From contig CAWJQC010000004.1 in the NCBI GenBank assembly GCA_963844965.1, positions 96,001-160,000 on the forward strand: a stretch of 64,000 nt of DNA, written 5' to 3'. Below are positions 37,570 through 47,099 of this stretch, piece after piece. Both the position numbers and the translations under genes were made by a program. Below the pieces are notes generated by a model. The model searched no databases and was not told the DNA's origin. It was given only the letters and a program-made list of their open reading frames with translations. The DNA is from an uncultured bacterium. Its GTDB lineage: Bacteria > Patescibacteriota > Minisyncoccia > UBA6257 > 2-01-FULL-56-20. Each line of letters opens with the position of its first letter. The first letter of the stretch is position 1.

Positions 37570-38337
37570 TTATGATTTCTTCGTTCTGCCGCGCTTCTTC
37601 GGCGCAGCTGCTTCGGCCTCAACTTTCGGCGCTGCGAATTCCTGGACGTTCAACGCCGAGACCTTCTCAAAATGATCTTTCAGGGCATTAGCCGATTTAT
37701 GCAAAGCCGACGACGGACTGATGGTTCCGTCGGTCTCTATCTCAACGCGCAAGCGGTTATAGTCGGTCCTGTCACCGACGCGCATGTTCTCAATTGAATA
37801 ATTGACCCTCTGCACCGGCGTGAAGATGGCGTCAATGGCTATGGTGCCGATGGAAAGCCGGCCTTCCTTCCGCGCCTCGACCGGCGAGTATCCGAGGCCG
37901 CGCTCCACCTTAACCTCCATATCAAGTTCAGCGTCTTTCGCTGTCAAGGTGGCTAGATAACTGTCCGGATTTACAAGTTCAACTTCCGAGCTCATTTTTA
38001 TCTCGCTGGCAGTCACGCCTTTCTCACCCTTTACCTTCAAGGTCAACACTTGTGGTTCATCGGTATGCATGCGGAATCTCAGTTTTTTGAAGTTCAGGCT
38101 TAGCTCTACCAGGTCCTCTTTGACTCCCGGCAAAGTTGAGAACTCATGGGGCGCGTTTTTGATCTTCAGTTCCGTAACGGCCGCGCCCGGCAGAGACGAG
38201 AGAAGCGCCCTTCGGAGCGCGTTGCCGACCGTAAGCCCGTAACCGGCGTATAATCCTTCAATCTCAAAAACGCCGTTTTTCGCGTCCTCGGAAACGGTTT
38301 TTATGGTAACGGTGGAACTTAAGTGAGAATGCTCCAT
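37570..38337 (-). CDS. rpoA: DNA-directed RNA polymerase subunit alpha, N-terminal domain only (255 aa; no alpha-CTD)
   Basis: alpha-NTD sequence ...GYGLTVGNALRRALLSSLPGAAV...; ends in a Lys/Ala-rich tail. Confidence 0.8.
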   Translation of the reverse strand: MEHSHLSSTVTIKTVSEDAKNGVFEIEGLYAGYGLTVGNALRRALLSSLPGAAVTELKIKNAPHEFSTLPGVKEDLVELSLNFKKLRFRMHTDEPQVLTLKVKGEKGVTASEIKMSSEVELVNPDSYLATLTAKDAELDMEVKVERGLGYSPVEARKEGRLSIGTIAIDAIFTPVQRVNYSIENMRVGDRTDYNRLRVEIETDGTISPSSALHKSANALKDHFEKVSALNVQEFAAPKVEAEAAAPKKRGRTKKS

Positions 38338-38353
38338 TGTTTTTTAATTATTG

Positions 38354-38959
38354 TTATTTGCTGAATGATTCGACCAATAAGTTGACATCAAACGGGGAGG
38401 TAGCCTCCGGAGGCGAAAGCACGCGCCCCTCCAATTTCTCTCTGTCCAAATGAAGCCACGCGGGCGGCTCGTATTTCTTGAGAATTTCGGCTCTCTTCTT
38501 TACCGCGTCAACGTCGCCCTGCGCAGTTATAACATCGCCAGCCTTGACCGAATACCCCGGCGATCTCACCCTGCGCTTGTTAACAAAAATATGGCCGTGG
38601 ACTATAAGCTGGCGCGCCGCTCCGCGCGAAGAAGCAAACCCAACCCTGTAAACCACGTTATCAAGCCGGCTCTCTAAAAATTCCACGATTTTCGCAGCCG
38701 AAGATCCTTTCGCTCTGACCGCCATCGCGAATATTCGCCTCAAATTACGCTCGTCCAAGCCGTAGCTCAACTTGAATTTCTTTTTTTCTTTGAGCTGCAA
38801 CCCGAATTCCGACAAACTCCTTCTTTGACGCTGCGGACCGTGAACGCCCGGCCGGTATGGCTTTCTCACAAAAGCACATTTTGGCGTGGAACAACGCTCG
38901 CCCTTCAGATTAAGGCGCTCGCCGACCGCTCTTTCTTTTTTTTCTTTGGGACCGATCAT
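38354..38959 (-). CDS. rpsD: 30S ribosomal protein S4
   Basis: Zinc-finger-like CSTPKC, S4 domain. Confidence 0.85.
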   Translation of the reverse strand: MIGPKEKKERAVGERLNLKGERCSTPKCAFVRKPYRPGVHGPQRQRRSLSEFGLQLKEKKKFKLSYGLDERNLRRIFAMAVRAKGSSAAKIVEFLESRLDNVVYRVGFASSRGAARQLIVHGHIFVNKRRVRSPGYSVKAGDVITAQGDVDAVKKRAEILKKYEPPAWLHLDREKLEGRVLSPPEATSPFDVNLLVESFSK

Positions 38960-39029
38960 AAACGTAAGTGTAAAGTTAAAAGTGTAAAGTGTAAAGTTTT
39001 TTGGCCATTTCCCATGTCGCTTTTCACAT

Positions 39030-39485
39030 TTATACTCGCCTCACTTTCGGCGGCCGGGGGCCGTTGTGCGGAATCGGCGTGACATCTTTTATGGAAAGGA
39101 CATCAAATCCCTGATTGATGAGAGACCTGATGGCGGAGTCACGACCGCCGCCTATCCCCTTCACGATTATCTCAACCTTGTTCGGACCGGTGTTCTTAAG
39201 CTTCTCCGCGATAACGGCAACAACTTTGGAAGAGGCGAAAGGTGTCGCTTTTTTCGGACCGGAAAAACCCAGGGCGCCCGCGGATGACCAGGCGAGCACG
39301 TCGCCCCGCGTATCCGTCACTGTCACGACCGTGTTGTTGTAAGACGCGTTAATGTAGACGCGGCCTTCTTCTGTTTTCTTGGATTTCTTGGCTGTCTGCG
39401 CGGCCTGCGGCGCTTGAGCCGCCGGGCTTTCTTTCCCGGTCTTAACTTCTTCAGCTGTTTGTTCTTTTATTTTTTTCTTACCCAT
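39030..39485 (-). CDS. rpsK: 30S ribosomal protein S11 (with KE-rich N-terminal extension)
   Basis: ...VTDTRGDVLAWSSAGALGFSGPKKATPFASS... Confidence 0.85.
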   Translation of the reverse strand: MGKKKIKEQTAEEVKTGKESPAAQAPQAAQTAKKSKKTEEGRVYINASYNNTVVTVTDTRGDVLAWSSAGALGFSGPKKATPFASSKVVAVIAEKLKNTGPNKVEIIVKGIGGGRDSAIRSLINQGFDVLSIKDVTPIPHNGPRPPKVRRV

Positions 39486-39487
39486 GT

Positions 39488-39871
39488 TTACTTCAATTCA
39501 ACTTTCCTCTTACCGCTGCCGGCGGTTCTCCGAACGTTTCCGCGGACGGTCCGCGAATTCGTGCGCGTCCGCTGTCCTCTTGAGGGCAGCCGCCGCAAGT
39601 GGCGCGAACCGCGATACGTCTTCAAGTCTTTTAACCTTTGGATATTTCTTTTTATAAGCTGGCGGAGTTCGCCTTCTATCGCGAAATTTTTTTCAACGAT
39701 ATTTTGGACGCGCGCAATCTCTTCGTTCGTGAGCGCGTTCGCCCTTTTATTCATGTCAACTTTGGCCGAACCCAAAATTTTCCGGCTCGCCGGCACGCCT
39801 ATGCCGTAAATATAAGTCAGCGCTATCTCAATTCTTTTATTATCTGGAATGTTAACGCCGAGAATGCGCAT
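39488..39871 (-). CDS. rpsM: 30S ribosomal protein S13
   Basis: MRILGVNIPDNKRIEIALTYIYGIG. Confidence 0.85.
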   Translation of the reverse strand: MRILGVNIPDNKRIEIALTYIYGIGVPASRKILGSAKVDMNKRANALTNEEIARVQNIVEKNFAIEGELRQLIKRNIQRLKDLKTYRGSRHLRRLPSRGQRTRTNSRTVRGNVRRTAGSGKRKVELK

Positions 39872-39872
39872 G

Positions 39873-39948
<76 letters not shown>

Positions 39949-39954
39949 CTTTAT

Positions 39955-40068
39955 TTATCCTTGTCTTTGTTTATGTTTGGGATTAACACAGACGATATAA
40001 AGCCGCCCCCTGCGCTTAACGACCTGGCAATTTTTGCAAATTTTTTTTATTGAACTTCTTACCTTCAT
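39955..40068 (-). CDS. rpmJ: 50S ribosomal protein L36 (37 aa; below ORF-track cutoff)
   Basis: Manual translation [37 protein letters not shown]; sits between infA and rpsM as expected. Confidence 0.75.
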   Translation of the reverse strand: MKVRSSIKKICKNCQVVKRRGRLYIVCVNPKHKQRQG

Positions 40069-40158
40069 GTTAACGCAATCCGAATCTGCGAATACATCCG
40101 AATGATACGAATTTTTATTCGGGGCATTCGGATGAAATTCGGATTTTTCGGGTCGCTA

Positions 40159-40377
40159 TTATAACCTCCGCACTATTCTTCCTCTTCTGCCGTCCGGACC
40201 AAGCTCAACCAAAACCCTATCGCCGGCTAGAACCCGGATATTGTTCAGCTTCATTTTGCCCGCCAAGTGAGCCAAAACCTCCACGCCTGCCTTTTGTTTA
40301 AGGCTGACCCTGAAAGTTAGACCGGGCAATGCTTCTAAAACCGTGCCTTCCTCGGACGCTTTCATCACGTTACTCAA
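40159..40377 (-). CDS. infA: translation initiation factor IF-1
   Basis: [17 protein letters not shown]...[20 protein letters not shown]. Confidence 0.8.
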   Translation of the reverse strand: MSNVMKASEEGTVLEALPGLTFRVSLKQKAGVEVLAHLAGKMKLNNIRVLAGDRVLVELGPDGRRGRIVRRL

Positions 40378-40482
40378 AAATTGAATGACGCATATATCCT
40401 ATGTGTGGGGTGGCTCAACTCACAACTTATTATGTAGATTATAAGCGATAGGGAGTATATCTGTCAATGCCTTTTCGTAACC

Positions 40483-42195
40483 CTAATTTACCGTTATTTT
40501 CACATGATTCGGGTTCGCGGGCAGGCTCCAAAGCCAGATCGGCCAGAGTGAAACCTTCGCCGAAGCAAGGTGAGGCAATGCGGCGATTGCAGAGCGCACG
40601 TCGCTCACATTTTTGCCGAGAATGCTTGACTTGAAATCGTCGGCGGAGAAATCGGGTTTCAGATCGCCCGAGGCGGAAACGTCAAAAGTTTCTTTGCCAT
40701 TTTTAAAATCCACCTTTATCTGGCTGTAGTTGATCTGCGGATTGCCGTCAAAAACCATATTCGGGTTGCTCGCCGCCGCCGCCGCAGAAAGGAAAGAATC
40801 CAAACTTTTTTCTCCAGTCTCGCGGAAACACAGAACTAGAATATTTGCTTCTCCCAAGACGCTGAAACTGCCGCTCGCATTGGTATCTTCATCCACCTTC
40901 AGTTTCGTGACATTGAATTGCTCGGCGCCGTCCAAAACCTTGCAATCCGTCGGATAAGCGGCGGTAAGAGAATTATCAAGGGCGCTACGCAAGGCCGCAG
41001 TAGTTTTATCCTTGGCTTTCGCAATGTCGTCCGCGGTGGGCACCGCTTTTTCGCCGATGAAACCGCCGCTTGTCCCGCTCTTCAGTTCCCCGTAAAAACC
41101 GTCGTAGCGCGGTGAACCCTTGAAACCGGGGATAGTAAGCTTGGAAACCGGCCCGACATTGTATCCCTCGCCGGCAACGTCGGCTACCACGGTGGCATCT
41201 ATCGACGACGGTATGATATTGCCGTTATTGATTTGCGCGCCGGGAACAATCACGCTTGCCGGAATTCTGAAAATCTTGCCGTCTGGGGTCGCGAACCGCG
41301 TGGTTGCCACCAGTGTTTGGGGCGCTGAGCTGTAAGCGTTGTAGATAGTGATGGTTCCCTGCGCTTTTTGCGATACATCCTTATTTGAAGATGCTGGGTA
41401 AAGCTGAACGGTGTTCTTGGTATCGGTCACTATCCAGCCGGGCAGAATATTCTTGTTAAAATCAACGTTTGAAACGGACTTATCCGCCGAGAAAGCGTGC
41501 TCGTAACTCCACGGCGTCCTCGTAAAAGTTATCACTACGTCGGCTTTGTTGAAATAGTTGTTAACGATCAAAAAGATGGCGACGAGAATCAAAATCGAAA
41601 CTCCTATCAAGAGCACCGGTTTGAAAATTTTACGCCTCTGTTCCGCTGTTATGACGGGAATTCTACTAATCTTCCCAACGGCCGGCTCTTTCACGATCTT
41701 TTCCACCACAGCTTCCTGCTTAGGAGGCGCGCTTACCGGAGCTGCTTCTTTCTCGTAAAGCACGGCTGGGGGTTGCTCTTCTTTTTCTTTGCGGCCTCTT
41801 TTTGGCTGGATGGGCGCTTCCGGCTTATCTTCTTTCGAGCCGCGCGGAACTATGTCGGAAAGCGAAGAACTCTTGCGGTCTCCCTCAAAAAATGAATGGG
41901 TAGCGACGAGATTCGCGGACTTGGACAACGCCAGAATCTCATCGTCCACGGACTCCACAAAAACATTCTTGCCGCTCGCAGCGGCTTCCCTCCTTATTAA
42001 ATGAAAATTGCTCACAGACTCCTTGAGCCGTGAATTTTTCGGCACGACGAGCGTCAAATCCGTCTCTTCGTCGCCGATGATTTTTTCCACAACCTCCGCC
42101 ACGCCTTCGTTTTTGTCTATGAAAAGTTTTTTCACGGAGTATTCGCGAATAATGCGAATTTTGTTTGGATAGTAACCGCTAAAGCCGATTCGCAT
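40483..42195 (-). CDS. hypothetical single-pass membrane protein (cytoplasmic N-terminal region, large extracytoplasmic domain)
   Basis: TM helix at ~aa 200; no known domain recognised. Confidence 0.4.
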   Translation of the reverse strand: MRIGFSGYYPNKIRIIREYSVKKLFIDKNEGVAEVVEKIIGDEETDLTLVVPKNSRLKESVSNFHLIRREAAASGKNVFVESVDDEILALSKSANLVATHSFFEGDRKSSSLSDIVPRGSKEDKPEAPIQPKRGRKEKEEQPPAVLYEKEAAPVSAPPKQEAVVEKIVKEPAVGKISRIPVITAEQRRKIFKPVLLIGVSILILVAIFLIVNNYFNKADVVITFTRTPWSYEHAFSADKSVSNVDFNKNILPGWIVTDTKNTVQLYPASSNKDVSQKAQGTITIYNAYSSAPQTLVATTRFATPDGKIFRIPASVIVPGAQINNGNIIPSSIDATVVADVAGEGYNVGPVSKLTIPGFKGSPRYDGFYGELKSGTSGGFIGEKAVPTADDIAKAKDKTTAALRSALDNSLTAAYPTDCKVLDGAEQFNVTKLKVDEDTNASGSFSVLGEANILVLCFRETGEKSLDSFLSAAAAASNPNMVFDGNPQINYSQIKVDFKNGKETFDVSASGDLKPDFSADDFKSSILGKNVSDVRSAIAALPHLASAKVSLWPIWLWSLPANPNHVKITVN

Positions 42196-42256
42196 TATTT
42201 GCTATCATTCGCGTTATTAGCGATTACTCCAAAATTATAGCACAAAACTCCAAACA

Positions 42257-43396
42257 TTACTCCTGTATCAGCCAGTGCAGGCGCCTGCGCAGTTTATTGT
42301 TTATATCCGAATCGCTCTTGTCGCGGTAAAATTCAAAAAATGGCGCGAGTTTAATGAATATATCCCGCTCGGCGAGTGGCCACTCGCCGAAATCCGCCCG
42401 AAAACCTCCTTTTTCAAGAGCTTTCGCGAGCGGAAGGTCCGAGAAAGCAAGCCGCCCGACGGCCCGCGACGCGTCAAATGGAACCGGAACCGTCGAATAC
42501 AGGAACACCCGACCCTTGAGCCGCGACTTCTTGACCTCGGCCAAAAAATTATCAACCTCCGGCCGCAGAATTCGGTAAAAAGAACCGACAAAGGCGGGAG
42601 AAGCGTCTTTCCTCATAAAGGCGCCGTATAGCTTCATTGACGCCGGCTGGCTCACTTGGAGCGCCGAGATAATCGCCTTCCAGAACGACTTCATCCGCCA
42701 CTCTATTTCTCCCGAATAAACAGCGTTGCCCCAAGCGGCCTTGTCCAGTGTGAGGTAGGAAGTTTTTTCTTCGCCGACCAAAAGCAAATTGACCGGCAAC
42801 GATTCCACCCAGGCGAGAGAACGCAGGCCGGCAAGATGCGAGCCGGTAAAGAAAAAGCCTTCTTTGGAATTGAATAGGTCCTTGAGGCCGTAGAAAACCG
42901 GGCGCGTCGTGAACGTAAGCTCCAGCACCCCCTCAACCGTTTTGCCGCCAAAGCCAACGGGGTTCAAGACGGCGTGGCCGTCCATTTTGAAGTTGGTGAT
43001 CTTGGAATTAACGAGAATGGTATCAAGCTCGTCCGCCCCCAGGCGCGCGCTTGCGTTCTTCCTCTCATTATTGAACAATCTGCCGATTGCCTGTGCGAGA
43101 AGATTTTCCAGCTCCACGAGCGTAAGCGAATGAGAGACGGCGGACGTATCGCGCGCGAGCTTGACCGGAAAAGTTGTCGTGTGTATGAGCTCGGGCGCGG
43201 CCGAGACAATGACTTTCCTCCCGCGCAAATTCCGCGCCCGCGCGGCGCCGATTTTCTTCAAAGGAAAATCGTGCCAAATTTTTTCAAGACGCAAATTTCT
43301 TTCGCCGTCAACGCTCAAAAGCAAGGCGGAGGTTTTATCCTCGGCAACCTCCAAAAGCAAAAATTTTTCCTTGCCCCGTAGTAAATTTCTAAACAT
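42257..43396 (-). CDS. hypothetical protein, possibly actin-like ATPase fold (PilM/FtsA-like)
   Basis: N-terminal LLLEVAEDKTSALLLSV resembles the phosphate-1 region of actin-like ATPases; weak. Confidence 0.3.
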   Translation of the reverse strand: MFRNLLRGKEKFLLLEVAEDKTSALLLSVDGERNLRLEKIWHDFPLKKIGAARARNLRGRKVIVSAAPELIHTTTFPVKLARDTSAVSHSLTLVELENLLAQAIGRLFNNERKNASARLGADELDTILVNSKITNFKMDGHAVLNPVGFGGKTVEGVLELTFTTRPVFYGLKDLFNSKEGFFFTGSHLAGLRSLAWVESLPVNLLLVGEEKTSYLTLDKAAWGNAVYSGEIEWRMKSFWKAIISALQVSQPASMKLYGAFMRKDASPAFVGSFYRILRPEVDNFLAEVKKSRLKGRVFLYSTVPVPFDASRAVGRLAFSDLPLAKALEKGGFRADFGEWPLAERDIFIKLAPFFEFYRDKSDSDINNKLRRRLHWLIQE

Positions 43397-43536
43397 CTAC
43401 GTAAACTGCCTTAATTTTGCGACGCAGGATACGAGGATTTTCCCGAGAAAATCATTGTTTGAAATTTTACTTCGGGGGCGCGGGCGAAAAAAATTTAGAT
43501 TCATCGCTTACTATTATCTTAACACAAACGGCGCGT

Positions 43537-44442
43537 TTACCGAAGCACGTTGTGCGGAAAATTTTCAAATCGACGGATGACGAAGCGGGGGACAGAATGC
43601 AAAAACTGGAGATAGGCGCGGAGATAATGTTTTTTTATGATCATCTCGCTGTTGTGCTCAACTATGAGCTTGAAAATCGTGTCAAGCGTCCGCCGATAAT
43701 GAGCGAGGTCTTCGCGCCGAATCGCGCCTTGCCATGTTTTCGTAAGATTTTCAGTCAGAGGCAGAGTCGCTTCAACTGAAAAAAGAGATTTCGTGTGGAG
43801 AATGCTGTAAATTTCGTGCGCGTCCGGATCGCCGATGATGGGATATTTCCCTTTGTAGCTGCAGAGGATGCGGGGAAACGGGTCATATCCGGTTTTTTCC
43901 TCAACGAGAAGCGGCGCCTTCACGTGTTCCTCTTCTATCTCGCTCTCCAATTTTCTGATCTGCTTTTTTCCATAGTAATCAACCACAAAATGTTTCGGAT
44001 GCGGAACAATAAGGACCATCTCCCGCTTTTTCGCGATATAATCCAAAAATTCCGTTTCCGTGAGATTTCCAAAAATCTCGTCGTTCTTGAGAATTGTGTA
44101 ATTGGTCCTCTTTTTGACGTAGTCGCGGAGATTGTCGTGGTCACCGAACGTTAAAAGTTCACGCCGGGCCACCAGTTTGAAAACCGCGTCAACGAACCGC
44201 TTTTTCAATTTCCACTGTATCCCAGGAATGACAAGAACTTTTTCGGTGCTGTAGGCCAACGCTTCTTTCATCGTTATCGGAATCACATTATGGTCCGAGA
44301 TTCCGAGAACCGCGCGCTCGCCGCCGGGCAGGTTGCGTTCAAGATACTCAACGTACCTCTCAATCGGCACCGCCGAATCGTGCGAGCGGTCGGAGTGAAC
44401 GTGAAATTCCAGAAGCAGCCGCGGTTTCATCGTAATTGTCAT
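43537..44442 (-). CDS. PHP-domain metal-dependent phosphoesterase
   Basis: EFHVHSDRSHDS ... HP motifs. Confidence 0.6.
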   Translation of the reverse strand: MTITMKPRLLLEFHVHSDRSHDSAVPIERYVEYLERNLPGGERAVLGISDHNVIPITMKEALAYSTEKVLVIPGIQWKLKKRFVDAVFKLVARRELLTFGDHDNLRDYVKKRTNYTILKNDEIFGNLTETEFLDYIAKKREMVLIVPHPKHFVVDYYGKKQIRKLESEIEEEHVKAPLLVEEKTGYDPFPRILCSYKGKYPIIGDPDAHEIYSILHTKSLFSVEATLPLTENLTKTWQGAIRREDLAHYRRTLDTIFKLIVEHNSEMIIKKHYLRAYLQFLHSVPRFVIRRFENFPHNVLR

Positions 44443-46379
44443 TCAATAACTCCGCGGATGCGCCTCACGCCCGCGCCGACCGCCTCTTCTTTCGCGATCC
44501 TGAAACGCCCTATTTCTCCGGTGTGTTCCACGTGCGGGCCGCCACAAAATTCTATAGAGAACGCCTTATCGAACTGCGGACTTTCCGGCGTAGCCGATTT
44601 CGGTCCAACGGAATAGACCGAGACGCGGTCGGGGTACTTCTGCCCAAACTCGTGCTCGGCGCCCAGCTTCTCCGCCTCTTCGCGGGCTATTTCACTACGG
44701 ATAACGGGTAAATCTTCGGCGATTTTTTCATTCACGATACGCTCAACTTCTTTCTTTTGTTCTTCGGTCATCTTTTCATTGTGGACAAAATCCATCCGCA
44801 AACGTTCACTCGTGATATTACTCCCCCGCTGTTTCACCTCTGGTCCAAGCACAATTTGCAGGGCCTTCAATAGCAAATGATGCGCAGTATGCAACCGCGT
44901 CGTCTTTTCGGAATGGTCGGCAAGCCCACCTTTAAATGTACCGGCGGATGCTGTACGGGATAGTTTTTGATGCCCCGCAAAAGATTTTTCGAACCCAGCT
45001 TCATCAACTTTTATCCCAACTCTTTCCGCCTCATCCTTAATGTAGTCTATGGGCAAACCATACGTCGAAAAAAGAATGAAGGCTTTATCCCCAGGAATAA
45101 CGCCATCGGATACCGATATTCGGATGACTCTCTCTAACTCTGAACGCGATTTTAGAATTTCGGTGAATTTTCCAGCTTCCCTCAAAACAACTTCTTTAAT
45201 CTTGTCTTCTTTTCCCACTAACTCCATATAGAATTTTATTGCATTCGAAATAATAGAATTAATAACAAAATGCGTTTTCTCATCCCATCCCATTCGCGGC
45301 CTCGAATCTAATGGAATAATTGCATCTTTTTTGGTAAGGCTGATAACATGAAAAATTGCTCTACGGAGAATGCGCCGCAAAACATATCCTCGCTCTTTAT
45401 TGCTTGGTTCTACGCCATCACCAATCAAATTTATGGCGGCCCGTAAATAATCTAGGATTATTCTCTTTTTTCGGACATCCTCACTTTCTTTATATTGATG
45501 AAGTGGTTCGGCCATAGCTTGGAATACGTCGATTTTGAAGATGTCGGGGTCGTTATTCGCCGCCGCGGTAATGCGCTCAAGTCCGCCGCCGAAATCTACG
45601 TTTCGCTGCGGAAGTTTTTCAAAAGAGCCATCCTCTCTTTTTTTGAATTCCATAAAAACGGAGTTCCCTATTTCAAGAAAGCGTCCACAATCACAGTTCG
45701 GATGGCACTTTTTCCCAAACTTAGTATCGTGCGACGTACCAAAATCGTAGAAAACTTCCGAATCCGGTCCGCCCGGCTCGCCCGCAGGCATCTCTGAGGG
45801 CATGCCGGCGCGGCTCCACCAATTCTTTTTTACTCCGTAGCCGAAAATGCGTTCGTCGGTCCGCATACCCTTCTCGCTTGCGTCTTCTTCGGTATTCATC
45901 TCGGCATATTTCGCAGAAATTTTCTTTTCGGCAAAAAGTTTCTGCCAGATTTCAACGGAATCATTATCGCGCTCAACGCCTTCTCCTCCTGAAAACACCG
46001 TTACATAAAGATTCTCCGGTTTGAGGCCAACGCCGCCTTCTTCCGGTTTATTCGTCAAAAATTCAAAGAACCAGCGAAGTTGGTCCCGTTTCCAATAATC
46101 TCCGAGCGACCAGTTGCCGAGCATCTCGAAAAAAGTCGTATGCCGATTGTCGCCTACTTCGTCTATGTCTTCGGTGCGAAAACTTTTTTGCGAGTTAGCG
46201 ACCCGCTTTCCTTCTGGATGCGGTGCGCCCAAAATATACGGCATGAGCGGCTGCATACCGCTTCCCGTAAAAAGCGTCGTCGGATCATTTTCTGGCACAA
46301 GCGAAGCCGAAGGAATAATCGCGTGCCCGCGCGCCTTGAAAAACTCCAGAAACTTTCGGCGGATTTCTTCAGAAGTCAT
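44439..46379 (-). CDS. alaS: alanyl-tRNA synthetase, short form (646 aa: catalytic plus editing domains, no C-Ala domain)
   Basis: ...FTGSGMQPLMPYILG...FFEMLGNWSLGDYWK...HTAHHLL...CGGPHVEHTGEIG. Confidence 0.8.
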   Translation of the reverse strand: MTSEEIRRKFLEFFKARGHAIIPSASLVPENDPTTLFTGSGMQPLMPYILGAPHPEGKRVANSQKSFRTEDIDEVGDNRHTTFFEMLGNWSLGDYWKRDQLRWFFEFLTNKPEEGGVGLKPENLYVTVFSGGEGVERDNDSVEIWQKLFAEKKISAKYAEMNTEEDASEKGMRTDERIFGYGVKKNWWSRAGMPSEMPAGEPGGPDSEVFYDFGTSHDTKFGKKCHPNCDCGRFLEIGNSVFMEFKKREDGSFEKLPQRNVDFGGGLERITAAANNDPDIFKIDVFQAMAEPLHQYKESEDVRKKRIILDYLRAAINLIGDGVEPSNKERGYVLRRILRRAIFHVISLTKKDAIIPLDSRPRMGWDEKTHFVINSIISNAIKFYMELVGKEDKIKEVVLREAGKFTEILKSRSELERVIRISVSDGVIPGDKAFILFSTYGLPIDYIKDEAERVGIKVDEAGFEKSFAGHQKLSRTASAGTFKGGLADHSEKTTRLHTAHHLLLKALQIVLGPEVKQRGSNITSERLRMDFVHNEKMTEEQKKEVERIVNEKIAEDLPVIRSEIAREEAEKLGAEHEFGQKYPDRVSVYSVGPKSATPESPQFDKAFSIEFCGGPHVEHTGEIGRFRIAKEEAVGAGVRRIRGVIE

Positions 46380-46494
46380 AGTATATAAACTTTATCCCGC
46401 AAATCATAAATCGTCAAAAACAAAACGACCCTCCTACCTCTTCGCGATTGCGAAGTTTCGGAGGGTCGGGCACTAAAGCCAAAGTGAAAAAGAA

Positions 46495-47082
46495 TCAGCG
46501 GGCGAGGACCTGGGAGCCGACGAGCCACCTGAACGGGCGATCGACCGAGTAGGCGTGCATGTCCCAGCCACTGCCGTGCCAGTCCGCGTATACCGCCCAG
46601 AGGTTGCCGTCGCTGCCAATGATGTAAGCGATGTTCGCATACCCATTGGTAAGGAACAGCCCTGCCTCGCCCTTTGACTGCTTTTCGAGCAGTTCAAAGA
46701 AGTGGGCGAGAAAAATCCGGGCCCGTTCACCGAGTTCAGCGAGGACTTGGGCGTCGAGCAACGCCCTTTCCAAATTGTACGCGTTGAGGGTCGTTGCCTC
46801 GACGTTTTCCTCAACCATGTCGAAGAAAAGCTTCCTAAAGTTGCCGTCCATCCGGACGACGTTCGCTGCCTTGATGTGATCTTTGGCGACAAATTTCTTC
46901 GAGCCGTTGACCGCGACTGTCGCGACTTGTTTAAGCAAATCTGACATTTTCACGACAAGCTCGCCGCGGAGGAACCGTTCGGGTCCGTCTTCGCCGGCCT
47001 GCTTTTTGAGTAACTTAACAATTGCGTTCAGTTTGCCAGCGGTATAATCCTTCGATGCAAACTCTGCATTCTCTGCACTCAT
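46495..47082 (-). CDS. hypothetical protein
   Basis: ORF only. Confidence 0.35.
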   Translation of the reverse strand: MSAENAEFASKDYTAGKLNAIVKLLKKQAGEDGPERFLRGELVVKMSDLLKQVATVAVNGSKKFVAKDHIKAANVVRMDGNFRKLFFDMVEENVEATTLNAYNLERALLDAQVLAELGERARIFLAHFFELLEKQSKGEAGLFLTNGYANIAYIIGSDGNLWAVYADWHGSGWDMHAYSVDRPFRWLVGSQVLAR

Positions 47083-47099
47083 GGTCTTGCCTCCTTACC

